Of a DNA stretch of 64,000 nt, positions 53,789 to 64,000 are shown piece by piece. Position numbers and translations under genes: made by a program. The first letter of the stretch is position 1, and every line of letters begins with the position of its first letter. Origin of the DNA: an uncultured Methanomicrobiaceae archaeon (GTDB lineage Archaea > Halobacteriota > Methanomicrobia > Methanomicrobiales > Methanoculleaceae); contig CAWGXH010000003.1 in NCBI GenBank assembly GCA_963826525.1, forward strand, positions 416,001-480,000, written 5' to 3'. A model generated the notes under the pieces. The model searched no databases. It saw only the letters and a list, made by a program, of their open reading frames with translations, and was not told where the DNA came from.

Positions 53789-54397
53789 GGCGTATTCGCC
53801 CCCCCTCGGGTGTGACCACTCCGGCATATGTCGCCGGACTATCCATGCTGCAAAAGCCCTTGTCAAGAGCGTCCGCATCACGCCGGCCATGGCTGGATGG
53901 GGCTGTATACCCGATCGACTGGATGTCTCATAGATCGGGGTATATACAGGTATCGCTCTCCGGCAGTAGGTGACGACCCCGGACAATTCCGGCCGCCCGG
54001 ATGATCCGTGCAGCATGCCCCTGTCGATACAACAGTGCCCGCCGGGCTCCCCTCTTTTACCCCTTATCTCACCGTATACCGGCACTTCCACATTCAAAAC
54101 CCGCAGACCGGCGTATCGGTACTCAAGACGGAGCGGTTCGCGGCATGTCATCCCTGTGCACCGGGCCGTTTGAAACCCGGGAAACGGGATTCGGCACTGT
54201 TCCCGATGAAGATCCGATGCCGTGCCTGAGGATACTGCACAGTTCATACGTGATCAGTCTGCAAAAGAGCGGCCGGAATCTATTAAAGGTCTGTTGCCGA
54301 TATGCCGATGGCGTGGCCATCCGGATGCCCGAAGATGCATGCGGTCGGACGGGTTTTGGTTTGAGCACATTGTCCGTGATTGGGGGCGAAGTCACGT

Positions 54398-55633
54398 ATG
54401 GATGCAATACCCGACATAGGGATACAAGACTATGAAAAATACATCGGGGCCGGAGCGGTCAGACGTATTCTGGATAAAGCACGGCAGCTTCGGGACCTCC
54501 ACATCGTTAACATCAATTCGACCTATTACGGGGGAGGCGTCTCCCAGTTTCTCTCATCGACGACACTTCTGATGAATAGCCTGGGTATCAGGACCGGGTG
54601 GCGGGTGGTTCACGGCTCCCCGGACTTCTTCAGCGTCACCAAGAAGTTCCACAATGCTCTCCAGGGGGCGGCCATCAACCTCACCGACAGGAAGATGCAA
54701 CTCTATGAGCAGGTCGTGTACCAGAACGCACTGCGCAATCACCTCGACCATGATATCGTCTTCGTGCACGATCCGCAGCCCCTTCCCCTGATCCAGCATT
54801 ACCGGAAGGACGACCCCTGGATATGGCGATGCCATATCGACCTGACCCGGCCGAACAAGAAGGTCTGGGACTACCTCCTCCGGTTTATCCGCCGGTACGA
54901 TGCCGTTATTCTGAGCAGCAGGGATTACCGGCAGGAGCTGAACGTTCCGCAGGTTTTCTTCATGCCGAGCATCGATCCCTTCACCATTACCAATAGGGAG
55001 CTGACCGAGGAGGAGATCGACGAGCGCCTGGAACACTATCATATTCCCACCGATCTTCCGCTCGTCGTGCAGATATCCCGCTTCGACCGCTGGAAAGACC
55101 CGGTAGGCGTCATCAAGGCGTTCAAGATCGCCAGGAAGAAGGTGGCGTGTACGCTCGTGCTGCTGGGCAATGTGGCGACGGACGATCCCGAAGGTCAGGC
55201 CGTGTATCGTTCGCTCCTGAAGAACCGGGAAGAGCGCATCATCATTATCAGCCGCCAGGATAGCGCGCTCGTCAACGCCCTGCAGCGTCGGGCGGCGGTT
55301 GTTCTGCAGAAATCCATCCGCGAGGGATTCGGCCTCACCGTGGCCGAGGCGATGTGGAAGGGCACGCCGGTCATCGGCGGGAACGTGGGGGGCATCCGCT
55401 ACCAGATTCGCGACGGTGTGAATGGATTCCTGGTATCGTCCGTGGAGGAGGCGGCCGACCGGATCGTGCAGGTGATCACCGATCCGGACCTCAGGAACCG
55501 GCTGGGACGGGAGGCGCATGAATCGGTGCGCCGGAACTTCCTGCTCACACGCTCCATAGAACAGGATCTCGACCTTATCGGTGCAATAAAACCTGAGTTC
55601 CGGCTCTCCGATGCGGTGAAAAAGTACGAGTGA
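54398..55633 (+). CDS. treT: Trehalose glycosyltransferring synthase TreT-like (GT4)
   Basis: INSTYYGGGV, TKKFHNALQG, HDPQP, SRFDRWKDP, EGFGLTVAEAMWKG. Confidence 0.85.
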   Translation: MDAIPDIGIQDYEKYIGAGAVRRILDKARQLRDLHIVNINSTYYGGGVSQFLSSTTLLMNSLGIRTGWRVVHGSPDFFSVTKKFHNALQGAAINLTDRKMQLYEQVVYQNALRNHLDHDIVFVHDPQPLPLIQHYRKDDPWIWRCHIDLTRPNKKVWDYLLRFIRRYDAVILSSRDYRQELNVPQVFFMPSIDPFTITNRELTEEEIDERLEHYHIPTDLPLVVQISRFDRWKDPVGVIKAFKIARKKVACTLVLLGNVATDDPEGQAVYRSLLKNREERIIIISRQDSALVNALQRRAAVVLQKSIREGFGLTVAEAMWKGTPVIGGNVGGIRYQIRDGVNGFLVSSVEEAADRIVQVITDPDLRNRLGREAHESVRRNFLLTRSIEQDLDLIGAIKPEFRLSDAVKKYE

Positions 55634-55655
55634 TGGCGGCGTTCATGACCCACCA

Positions 55656-56624
55656 TCATTCCGAGAGGAGCGAGAACAGTCTCCTGACGTCGGCATCGAG
55701 CGGCCTTTTCTTCTGCCAGGTCTCGTCGAACGGCGTATAGGCGATCTCCCCTTTCACCTCTCCCACCATACAGCCGCTCCGGCCCTCGAGGAGCGCGGTA
55801 ACGGCTGCTACGCCCAGGACACTTCCGAGCACGCGGTCACGCACGGTGGGCGGCCCTCCCCGCTGGAGATGCCCGAGAACAACGACACGGGACTCGTAGT
55901 TCAGGAATTTCCGAACCTCGTCGGCGATCCGGAAACTCTTCCCCGGGTTTTTCCCCTCCGCCACCACCACGATGGCGCTTTTCTTGCCGATTTTAAAACC
56001 CTCTTTGAGCCGGTCGCTCAGTTCGGCACTGGAGATCGGCTCCTCGGGGATGACCAGCTCTTCGGCACCCCCGGCGATGCCGCTCTCCAGCGCAAGGAAC
56101 CCGGTATGGTGCCCCATCACCTCCACGAAGAAGAGGCGTTCGTGCGACCGTGCCGTGTCGCGGATCCGGTCGATCGCGTTGAGGGCGCAGTTCGCGGCGG
56201 TGTCAAAGCCGATGCTGGAGTCGGTTCCGTACACATCGTTATCGATGCTTCCGGGTACCCCTACGAGTGTCGTTCCCCACTCGGCAGCCAGCAGGCTTGC
56301 CCCGTGGAACGTCCCTTCGCCGCCGATGAGGATCAAACCGTCCAGGCCCGCCTGCCCGATAACCTCCGCAGCTCGTGCTCGCCCCTCCCGGGTCATGAAC
56401 TCCGGGCTTCGGGACGTCTCGAGGATGGTGCCGCCGAGATGAATGGTGTTCCGGATGGCCGTCCGGTCGAGCGGCACGATATCCCCCTCGATAAGCCCGG
56501 CATACCCCCGGCGTATTCCGACGATCTCCAGTCCGTGTGCCAGTGCGGCGCGTACCGCAGCACGGATGCAGGCGTTCATGCCCGGGGCGTCACCGCCGCT
56601 TGTTAAGATTCCGATTCGCTTCAT
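55656..56624 (-). CDS. pfkA: ATP-dependent 6-phosphofructokinase (bacterial PfkA family)
   Basis: TSGGDAPGMN, GGTIL, GGEGT, PGSIDND, EVMG, GHLQRGG. Confidence 0.93.
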   Translation of the reverse strand: MKRIGILTSGGDAPGMNACIRAAVRAALAHGLEIVGIRRGYAGLIEGDIVPLDRTAIRNTIHLGGTILETSRSPEFMTREGRARAAEVIGQAGLDGLILIGGEGTFHGASLLAAEWGTTLVGVPGSIDNDVYGTDSSIGFDTAANCALNAIDRIRDTARSHERLFFVEVMGHHTGFLALESGIAGGAEELVIPEEPISSAELSDRLKEGFKIGKKSAIVVVAEGKNPGKSFRIADEVRKFLNYESRVVVLGHLQRGGPPTVRDRVLGSVLGVAAVTALLEGRSGCMVGEVKGEIAYTPFDETWQKKRPLDADVRRLFSLLSE

Positions 56625-56783
56625 GTCTCATCCGGTGCCGGGTATGCGATAGCCTATGTAAATAAAGGCGCCTCATCACAGGCGCCGAAGGGAGGGGACA
56701 CGGGTATCCGGGTTTGGGCTGCTCATGACCCCGGCCGGATGACAACCGACGGCTGCCCTCTCTCCATGCGGAGGTGAACTTCG

Positions 56784-57545
56784 ATGGCAGTGCTGATTAT
56801 GCTACGACATGGCGAAAGCCTCTGGAATCGGAAGGGTACGTTCACGGGCTGGACCGACGTGGATCTCTCGGAGGACGGTATCCGGGAAGCCCACCGTGCT
56901 GCGGAGCTCCTGCGGGAAGGCGGATATACGTTTGATAGTGCCTACACCTCCGTGCTCAAGCGTGCCATCAGGACGCTCTGGATCGTCATGGACGACATGG
57001 ACCTCATGTACGTCCCCGTGCACCGGTCGTGGCGGCTGAACGAGAAGAGCTACGGCGCATTGCAGGGCCTCGACAAGCACGAGACCGCCCAAAAGTACGG
57101 TGCGGAGCAGGTGCACCTCTGGCGGCGCGGTTTTGACGTCCGTCCGCCGCCGCTCGCCCCGGATGATCCGCGGCATCCCGGGTTCGATCCCCGCTATGCG
57201 GATCTGACACCCGACGAGCTGCCGGCGACCGAGTCGCTGCACGATACGCTCAACCGGACACTCCCGTACTGGCACGAACGGATAGCGGCATGCCTGCGGG
57301 ACGGGAAGACCCCCCTTATCGCGGCGCACGGGAACAGTCTCCGTGCGCTGGTCAAATATCTCGACGACGTCCCGGACGAAGCGATAGCAGATCTCAACAT
57401 TCCCACGGGCTACCCGCTGATCTACGAACTGGACGAGGATCTGCATGCCGTCCGCCATTACTACCTCGGGAACCCGGATGAGATTGCACGGGCCACGCAG
57501 GCGGTGGCACAGCAGGCCACGCCGGGGACTCCCCCGCGGGGATGA
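56784..57545 (+). CDS. gpmA: 2,3-bisphosphoglycerate-dependent phosphoglycerate mutase
   Basis: LRHGES.WN...[35 protein letters not shown]. Confidence 0.95.
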   Translation: MAVLIMLRHGESLWNRKGTFTGWTDVDLSEDGIREAHRAAELLREGGYTFDSAYTSVLKRAIRTLWIVMDDMDLMYVPVHRSWRLNEKSYGALQGLDKHETAQKYGAEQVHLWRRGFDVRPPPLAPDDPRHPGFDPRYADLTPDELPATESLHDTLNRTLPYWHERIAACLRDGKTPLIAAHGNSLRALVKYLDDVPDEAIADLNIPTGYPLIYELDEDLHAVRHYYLGNPDEIARATQAVAQQATPGTPPRG

Positions 57546-58909
57546 GGCACATGGGAACGATCTTCAAGGCATACGATATCCGGGGAGCATATCCGGACGA
57601 GCTTGATGAGGATACGGCCCGCCGGATCGGTGCCGGTTTCGCCCGGCTCCTGCAGGCGGAGACGATCGTCGTCGGGCGGGACATGCGGCTCTCCTCGCCG
57701 TCGCTTGCCGAGGCCTTCATCGAGGGAGCGCTCTCTGCCGGAGCGTCGGTGACCGATGTCGGGATGGTGAGCACGCCGCTCCTCTACCATGCCATCATCG
57801 ACGGCTGGTTCGACGGAGGTGCCATGGTGACGGCATCGCATCTGCCCGGTCGGATGAACGGGTTCAAACTCTGCCGCGAGAACGCGATCCCGCTCAGCGG
57901 TGATGCAGGATTGCCCGCACTGGAGCGTCTGGTCGGGGAATCGCCACCGGTTCCGCCACGGCCGATAACCGGCAAATATCGACGGCTCTCTGTGATGGAA
58001 GGCTATATCGAGATGCTCTTTTCGTTCGTCAGGCCGGGGCGGCCGCTCAACGTCATCGTCGACGCCGGCAGCGGCATGGCCGGACCGGAAGTCCCCCGCC
58101 TTGCTGCAAAGGTTCCGGGATGGACGTTTTCCTTCAGGGATGTGGAGCCCGACGGCAGGTTCCCCGACCATATCGCAAATCCCCTGGTCGCCTCGACGAC
58201 CCGTGAACTGCAGGCCGAGGTCGTCCGGGAGCAGGCCGATATCGGCGTCGCATTCGACGGGGACGCCGACCGGTGCGGGTTCATCGACGAAGAGGGGAGT
58301 CGCGTTCCGGAAGACCTGGTGACGGCGCTCATCGCCGAGGTCTTTCTGCAGCGCCATCCCGGGGGGACGATCCTCTACGACCTCAGGTCGAGCCGCGTCG
58401 TCCCGGAGACGATCGAAAGGCTCGGCGGGAAGGCCGTGCGATGCAGGGTGGGGCATGCGTTTATCAAGGCGCAGATGCGCGAGGAAGAGGCTTTGTTCGC
58501 GGGAGAGCTCTCCGGGCACTACTATTACCGCGATACCGGCTACACCGACAACGCCGTGATGACGATGATCCAGATGTTAAATCTCCTCTCCCTGAAACAG
58601 GAGCCCCTCTCCCGCCTTATCGCGCCGCTGAAGAAGTACGCTTCAACCGGCGAGATCAACATTCGGGTGAAGGACAAAGACGCCGTGCTCGCCGCTCTCG
58701 CGGATCGCTGCAGCGATGCGAAGATTGACCGGCTCGACGGCCTGACGGTCGAGTATCCGTCGTGGTGGTTCAACATCCGCCCCTCTCACACCGAGCCCGT
58801 TCTCCGGCTCAACCTGGAGGCACGGGACAGGGAAGCCATGGAGACGAAGAAACAGGACGTCCTGGCAATCGTGTCGAAGACCGACCCGGCTATGCGCATC
58901 GCGGAGTAA
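57542..58909 (+). CDS. Phosphomannomutase/phosphoglucomutase
   Basis: [34 protein letters not shown]. Confidence 0.93.
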   Translation: MRHMGTIFKAYDIRGAYPDELDEDTARRIGAGFARLLQAETIVVGRDMRLSSPSLAEAFIEGALSAGASVTDVGMVSTPLLYHAIIDGWFDGGAMVTASHLPGRMNGFKLCRENAIPLSGDAGLPALERLVGESPPVPPRPITGKYRRLSVMEGYIEMLFSFVRPGRPLNVIVDAGSGMAGPEVPRLAAKVPGWTFSFRDVEPDGRFPDHIANPLVASTTRELQAEVVREQADIGVAFDGDADRCGFIDEEGSRVPEDLVTALIAEVFLQRHPGGTILYDLRSSRVVPETIERLGGKAVRCRVGHAFIKAQMREEEALFAGELSGHYYYRDTGYTDNAVMTMIQMLNLLSLKQEPLSRLIAPLKKYASTGEINIRVKDKDAVLAALADRCSDAKIDRLDGLTVEYPSWWFNIRPSHTEPVLRLNLEARDREAMETKKQDVLAIVSKTDPAMRIAE

Positions 58910-59112
58910 CGGTGCCGCCGGGTGCCTCCACGCGAACCCACAAAGCAGTCGAGCTCCGGGACGGGGAGAGCGGGTAGCGAAGTACAACCGGCTGCTGCAG
59001 TCTTCGCCGGAAGAGAAGCATCCACCGCGAACGGCTCCGCTGTTCTGCGGATCGGGGCAAAGGTTATACGCCTGGGTGGCGTAAGCACCGCGTCCGACAA
59101 GGGGGAATTGCC

Positions 59113-60126
59113 ATGAAAAAAGTTGCGATTAATGGATTCGGGCGTATCGGGCGGATGATTCTCTCCAATTACCTGATCGACCCGCCGGGCAACATCGAGA
59201 TTGTTGCGGTCAACGATCCGAAACCGCCGGATGTACTCGCCTACCTGGTGAAGTACGACTCGGTGCACGGAAGAGCGCCTTTCACGGTCGAAGCGGGGTC
59301 GGATCACCTTCGGCTCGGGTCGCGAAAAGTGGCCGTACTCGGCGAGAGGGATCCTGCCGCCCTTCCGTGGAACGATCTCGGTGTCGATCTGGTGCTCGAA
59401 TGCACCGGGCGGTTCACCGACAGGAACGACGCTGCAAAGCATCTGGATGCCGGGGCGTCCCGGGTCATCATCAGCGCACCGTCGCACAATCCCGATCTGA
59501 CGGTCGTGCTGGGTGTCAACGAACAGGACTACGATCCCGCCCGGCATACCGTCGTATCGAACGCGTCCTGCACGACCAACGCCCTGGCGCCGGCAGCGAA
59601 GGTGCTCAACGATGCCTTCGGCGTCGACCACCTGATGGCGACGGCGATTCATGCCTATACCGCCACCCAGGCGCTGGTCGATAAGGCCGCCCCGAAAGTG
59701 CGCCGCGGACGCGCTGCGGCGGTCTCGCTGATCCCGACGACGACCGGCGCCGCCATTGCCACCACCCGCGTTCTGCCGGAACTCACCGGCAAGATGGATG
59801 CGATCGCGGTGCGGGCACCCATCCCGGACGGGTCTATCATCGATATCGTTGCCCAGCTGAAGCGGAATGTGACGGCGGATGAGGTGAATGCGGCCATGAA
59901 AGCGGCTGCCGAGGGGCACATGCAGGGTTTTCTCGCGTATACGGAGGAATACCTGGTTTCGGCGGATATCATCGGCGATCCCCATTCCGGTGTGGTCGAC
60001 GGACGGTCCACCAGCGTCGTCGACGGGCGGATGGCCCGGGTCATGGTCTGGTACGACAACGAGTTCGGGTATGCCCGGCGCATGGTCGACCTCGCCTCGT
60101 ACATGGCGTCCCGGGAGGAGGGATGA
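59113..60126 (+). CDS. gap: Type I (bacterial-type) glyceraldehyde-3-phosphate dehydrogenase
   Basis: INGFGRIGR, SNASCTTN, HAYTATQ, IPTTTGAA, WYDNEFGY. Confidence 0.93.
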   Translation: MKKVAINGFGRIGRMILSNYLIDPPGNIEIVAVNDPKPPDVLAYLVKYDSVHGRAPFTVEAGSDHLRLGSRKVAVLGERDPAALPWNDLGVDLVLECTGRFTDRNDAAKHLDAGASRVIISAPSHNPDLTVVLGVNEQDYDPARHTVVSNASCTTNALAPAAKVLNDAFGVDHLMATAIHAYTATQALVDKAAPKVRRGRAAAVSLIPTTTGAAIATTRVLPELTGKMDAIAVRAPIPDGSIIDIVAQLKRNVTADEVNAAMKAAAEGHMQGFLAYTEEYLVSADIIGDPHSGVVDGRSTSVVDGRMARVMVWYDNEFGYARRMVDLASYMASREEG

Positions 60127-60170
60127 CGTCAGCGGCCGCACGATCGGATCGCTGATACGGGGGAGATACC

Positions 60171-61242
60171 ATGGTAAAACTGGTATTTTTCGATCTGGAC
60201 GAGCAGGAGCAGTCCGTCATCCGGGATGCGTTCGCAGGCGAGAGCGGATACGAGGTTGCCGTGCACGGCGAACCGCTCACGACCCGAAGCGCACCGCTTG
60301 CCCGGGATGCAGACGGGATCGGGGTATTCGTTCAGTCGCATATCACCCGTGAGATCCTGGATGCGCTACCGAACCTCCGGATGATCGCCGCTATGTCCAC
60401 CGGCTTTGACAACATCGACCTGGAAGCCTGCAGGACGCGCAACATCGCCGTCTGCAATGTGCCGTCGTACGGCGACAACACCGTGGCGGAGTATGCGTTC
60501 GGGCTTATGCTGGCTCTCACCCGGAAGCTTCGGCCGACGTTCCGGCGGGTCGATCAGGGGGAGTTCAGCCGTGAGGGGCTGCGGGGAATGGATCTGAAGG
60601 GAAAGACCCTCGGCCTGATCGGGACCGGCCATATCGGGTCGCACCTTGCACGCCTTGCGTGGGCGGCCGGAATGACGGTGATCGCCTACGACCCGCATCC
60701 GAAACCTGATCTCGCCCGAGCAGTACGGGGTGACCTTCCTGAGCCTCGAGGATGTCCTCAGGCAGTCGGACGTCGTCAGCCTGCACGTCCCGTACACGAA
60801 ATCCACGCACCACCTGATCGATGCCGAGCGGCTTGCGCTGTTCAAGCATACTGCATTTCTCATCAACACCTCGCGGGGAAGAGTGGTGGACACGAAGGCC
60901 GTCTCCGATGCCCTGCGGGACGGGCGCCTCGGCGGGGTAGCACTCGATACCTTCGAAGGGGAGCAGGTCTGGATCGAAGAAGAATTCTTGAAAAGAGATG
61001 ATGTCGCCGCGATCGTGCTGCGGGAGGCGATGGAGAGTTTCTCCATCCTGCACTCCGATCGCGCGATACTCACGCCGCACAACGCCTACAACACGGCGGA
61101 GGCCCTGGGGCGGATACTGACTACCAGTGCCGACAATATCAGGGCGTTTTTGCCGGCGACCCGCAGAATGTGGTTGCCGAAACATACCATACGCCGGCGG
61201 CGCGAGCTGCACCGGCGGCACGATAGGGGGAGTACACCATGA
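60171..61242 (+). CDS. D-2-hydroxyacid dehydrogenase (D-lactate dehydrogenase-like); indels near 60720 and the 3' end
   Basis: STGFDNIDL, NVPSYG..TVAE, GTGHIG, SLHVP, INTSRG, LDTFEGE, TPHNAYNT. Confidence 0.88.
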
Positions 61243-63690
61243 AACAGGATGCAAAGTATATCCGCTGGTTCGAGGATATCCGAAACGAAGATGTTCCTCT
61301 GGTCGGCGGGAAAAATGCCTCACTCGGTGAGATGTACAGTGAACTGACCGCAAAAGGCGTGAAGATCCCGGGCGGCTTCGCCATTACCGCCGACGGCTAC
61401 TGGCACGTGCTGAAGGCCGGGGGAATCCTCGACGAGATGAAGTCCGCCATGGAAGGGCTGGACCGGAACAGTGTCGCCGATCTCGCGACCCGGGGGAAAC
61501 GTGCACGCGACCTCATCCTCGGGGCAGGCATCCCGGACGATCTCTGGGCCGAGGTGAAGGCCGCATACGATATGCTCTGCGACGAGTACGGCGCGGATAC
61601 CGATGTCGCGGTCAGGAACTCCGCGACGGCCGAAGACCTGCCTACGGCATCGTTCGCCGGCCAGCAGGAGACCTTCCTGAATATCCGCGGGTATCAGGCA
61701 CTCCGGGAAGCAGTGAGCAAATGCCTTGCCTCCCTCTTCACCGACCGGGCGATCGCCTACCGGGTGGACAACCACTTCGACCAGTTCAAGGTCGCCCTCT
61801 CGGTCGGGATCATGAAGATGGTGCGCTCGGACTTATCTTCGAGCGGGGTCATCTTCACGCTCGACACCGACACCGGATTCCGCGATGTGGTGCTCGTCAC
61901 CGGGTCGTACGGGCTCGGTGAGAATATCGTCCAGGGCGCCGTCAACCCGGATGAGTTCTACGTCTTCAAACCGACCTTCCGGAAAGGCTTTCGGGCGCTT
62001 GTCCGGAAGAACCTCGGCGATAAAAAGATGAAACTGATCTACGGCCACGGCGGGGCAAAAGAGGTGACCCGGAATGTCGAGGTGCCGGAGGCCGATCGGA
62101 AGAAGTTCTGTATCACGGACGACGACGTGCTGACGCTCGCCGGATACGCGCTCACCATCGAGGATCATTACTCGCAGAAAGCCGGCAAACCGGTGCCGAT
62201 GGATATCGAATGGGCTAAAGACGGCGAAACCGGGGAGTTGTTTATTGTACAGGCCCGCCCCGAGACGGTGCAGTCACAGAAGACCGGGGATACCCTCGAG
62301 ACGTACCGTATCGACAAGCGAGGAACGGTTCTGGTGACGGGGAAGAGCATCGGCGATAAGATCGCTGCAGGGAAGGCTCGCGTCATCACCGATGTCTCGA
62401 GGCTCTCGACCTTCAAACCGGGCGAGATCCTGATCTCCGACACCACGACACCGGACTGGGAGCCCGTGATGAAGACGGCCGCCGCCCTCGTGACCAATCG
62501 CGGGGGAAGAACCTCCCATGCCGCCATCGTCAGCCGCGAACTCGGCATCCCTGCCGTCGTCGGCACGGATGATGCAACCGAGAAGATCCCGACGGGCACC
62601 GACGTGACGGTCAGCTGCGCCGAGGGCGAGGAGGGCTTTGTCTACGGCGGGATCCTGAAGTTCCATGTCGAAAAGACCAGCCTGAAGGACCTCAAACGGC
62701 CGAGGACCGAGATGATGATGAACCTCGGGAACCCGGACGAGGCGTTCGGGCTTGCGATGATCCCAAGCGACGGTATCGGGCTTGCCAGGATGGAGTTCAT
62801 CATTGCAAGCTCTATCAAAGTCCATCCGATGGCGCTCATTCACCCGGAAAAGGTTCAGGATGACGATGTCCGGCAGGCGATTGCGGATCTTACCTTCGGG
62901 TATGAGGATAAAAGCGAATATTTTGTCGAAAAACTCGCGCAGGGAGCCGGGACCATCGCAGCGGCGTTCTACCCGAACCCCGTCGTCGTCCGGATGAGCG
63001 ACTTCAAGACCAACGAATACGCGAACCTGCTCGGCGGGAAGGTACTTCGAGCCGGAGGAAGCCAACCCGATGCTCGGTTTCCGCGGCGCGGTCCGGTACT
63101 ACGACGAGCGCTACCGGGAGGGCTTTGCGCTCGAGTGCCGGGCGATGAAACGTGTCCGGGACGAGATGGGCCTTACGAACCTGATCGTCATGATTCCCTT
63201 CTGCCGCCGGGTCGAGGAGGCGAAGAAGGTCATCGGGGAACTCGAGAAGAACGGTCTTCGGCGCGGCGAGAACGGCCTTCAGATCTACCAGATGTGCGAA
63301 ATTCCGAATAATGTCGTACTGATCGACGAGTTCAGCGAATTCTTCGACGGATTTTCGATCGGGTCGAACGACCTGACCCAGCTCACGCTCGGCGTCGACC
63401 GTGATTCCGCGATTATTGTGCAGGAGTTCGACGAGCGCGATCCGGGTGTCGAGAAGATGGTTGCCATGGCCGTTGAAGGGTGCCGGCGAAACCACCGGCA
63501 CAGCGGGCTCTGCGGTCAGGCGCCGAGCGACTTCCCGGAGTTCGCCGACTTCCTGGTCGAGCAGGGCATCAACTCCATATCGGTCAACCCTGACGCCCTG
63601 CTGAAGATCACGCTCCGGGTGGTGGAGATGGAGGAGAAGATGAAAGCGGAAGAGGAGGAGAAGAAGAAGGTCGCAGCGGCACCCCGGTAG
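61239..63690 (+). CDS. ppsA: Phosphoenolpyruvate synthase (pyruvate, water dikinase); indel near 63045
   Basis: VGGKNASLGEM, AEDLPTASFAGQQET, DIEWAKDG, GGRTSHAAIVSRELG, NPMLGFRG, FSIGSNDLTQ, GLCGQAPS. Confidence 0.95.
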
Positions 63691-63729
63691 ATACCGTTCG
63701 GGGAACGGGGGAGGGGAACACGCCCTCTC

Positions 63730-64000
63730 TCCGTCCTGAATTAAGGCTAGATTAACGTTATTTTCCGATTTTACGAAGGTTTCAGAGGGCCGGATTCCGG
63801 CTCTGGAATTAAACGGAGGATTTCGCTCAGATTCCTGAAAAACGGCAGAATCATAGGGGTATATCGCCCATATGAGCAGCGGTAATTTTCGGACGATGTT
63901 TCGTATGGCTCGCCCCGAGATCTGCCGTCTACGGGCTTCTGTGAGGGTCGAAATCGGCAGGATTTTTCGGTTCCGGAATTTGGGAGGGATTGCTGAACCG
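63730..64000. mobile_element. 280-bp dispersed element, copy C (runs off the window)
   Basis: GAGGG-AACACG-CCCTC hairpin, then TCCGTCCTGAA...TATGAGC...GTAATTTT...CGAGATC...GGGCTTCTGTGAGGGTCG...TTGCTGAACCG. Confidence 0.7.

Noticed and set aside
1-63690. Frameshifts in most long genes read as mass pseudogenisation or programmed frameshifting
   Set aside because: They are scattered single-base indels, including in otherwise well-conserved enzymes (ppsA, ATPase, GH15), with few in-frame stops. This is typical of unpolished long reads. Only the recurrent hicA lesion was kept as a finding.
1-64000. tRNA, rRNA or intact transposase/integrase genes
   Set aside because: None recognised by eye; tRNAscan-SE, Infernal and ISEScan runs would be needed to exclude them

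Overview
GC-rich (~60%) archaeal DNA, most likely from a Methanomicrobiales-type methanogen. This is inferred from PKD/NHL surface proteins, a PGF-CTERM signal, archaeal lipoboxes and TATA promoters; no methanogenesis marker gene lies in the window. Most long genes carry scattered 1-nt indels, which look like uncorrected long-read errors, so split ORFs were rejoined by eye. Layout: (1) 1-4.9 kb, a large PKD/NHL surface protein. (2) 5-26 kb, a decayed mobile/defence region with an iteron-like array, a replication-gene remnant, two MNT-HEPN pairs, Fic, three hicB-hicA copies sharing one toxin lesion, two HATPase_c_4/wHTH genes, many short gene fragments and a length-conserved 280-bp dispersed element. 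(3) 26-36 kb, surface proteins, a sugar porter-GH15-APC operon and a direct-repeat-bounded DUF1214/DUF1254 cassette. (4) 36-49 kb, the best candidate for an undescribed system: two tandem cytochrome bd subunit I (CydA)-like membrane proteins lacking the quinol-binding motif and with no CydB, two exported PQQ-dehydrogenase-like propellers with D-[WY]-D metal motifs, two type-1 blue-copper proteins (one fused to fasciclin) and Thr-stalked lipoproteins. Together these suggest a copper-wired surface redox chain without cytochrome c. (5) 49-64 kb, a P-type H+-ATPase, YHS-glucan phosphorylase, TreT and a bacterial-type glycolytic cluster (pfkA, gpmA, PGM, type I gap, D-hydroxyacid dehydrogenase, ppsA). 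No rRNA, tRNA or CRISPR array was seen.
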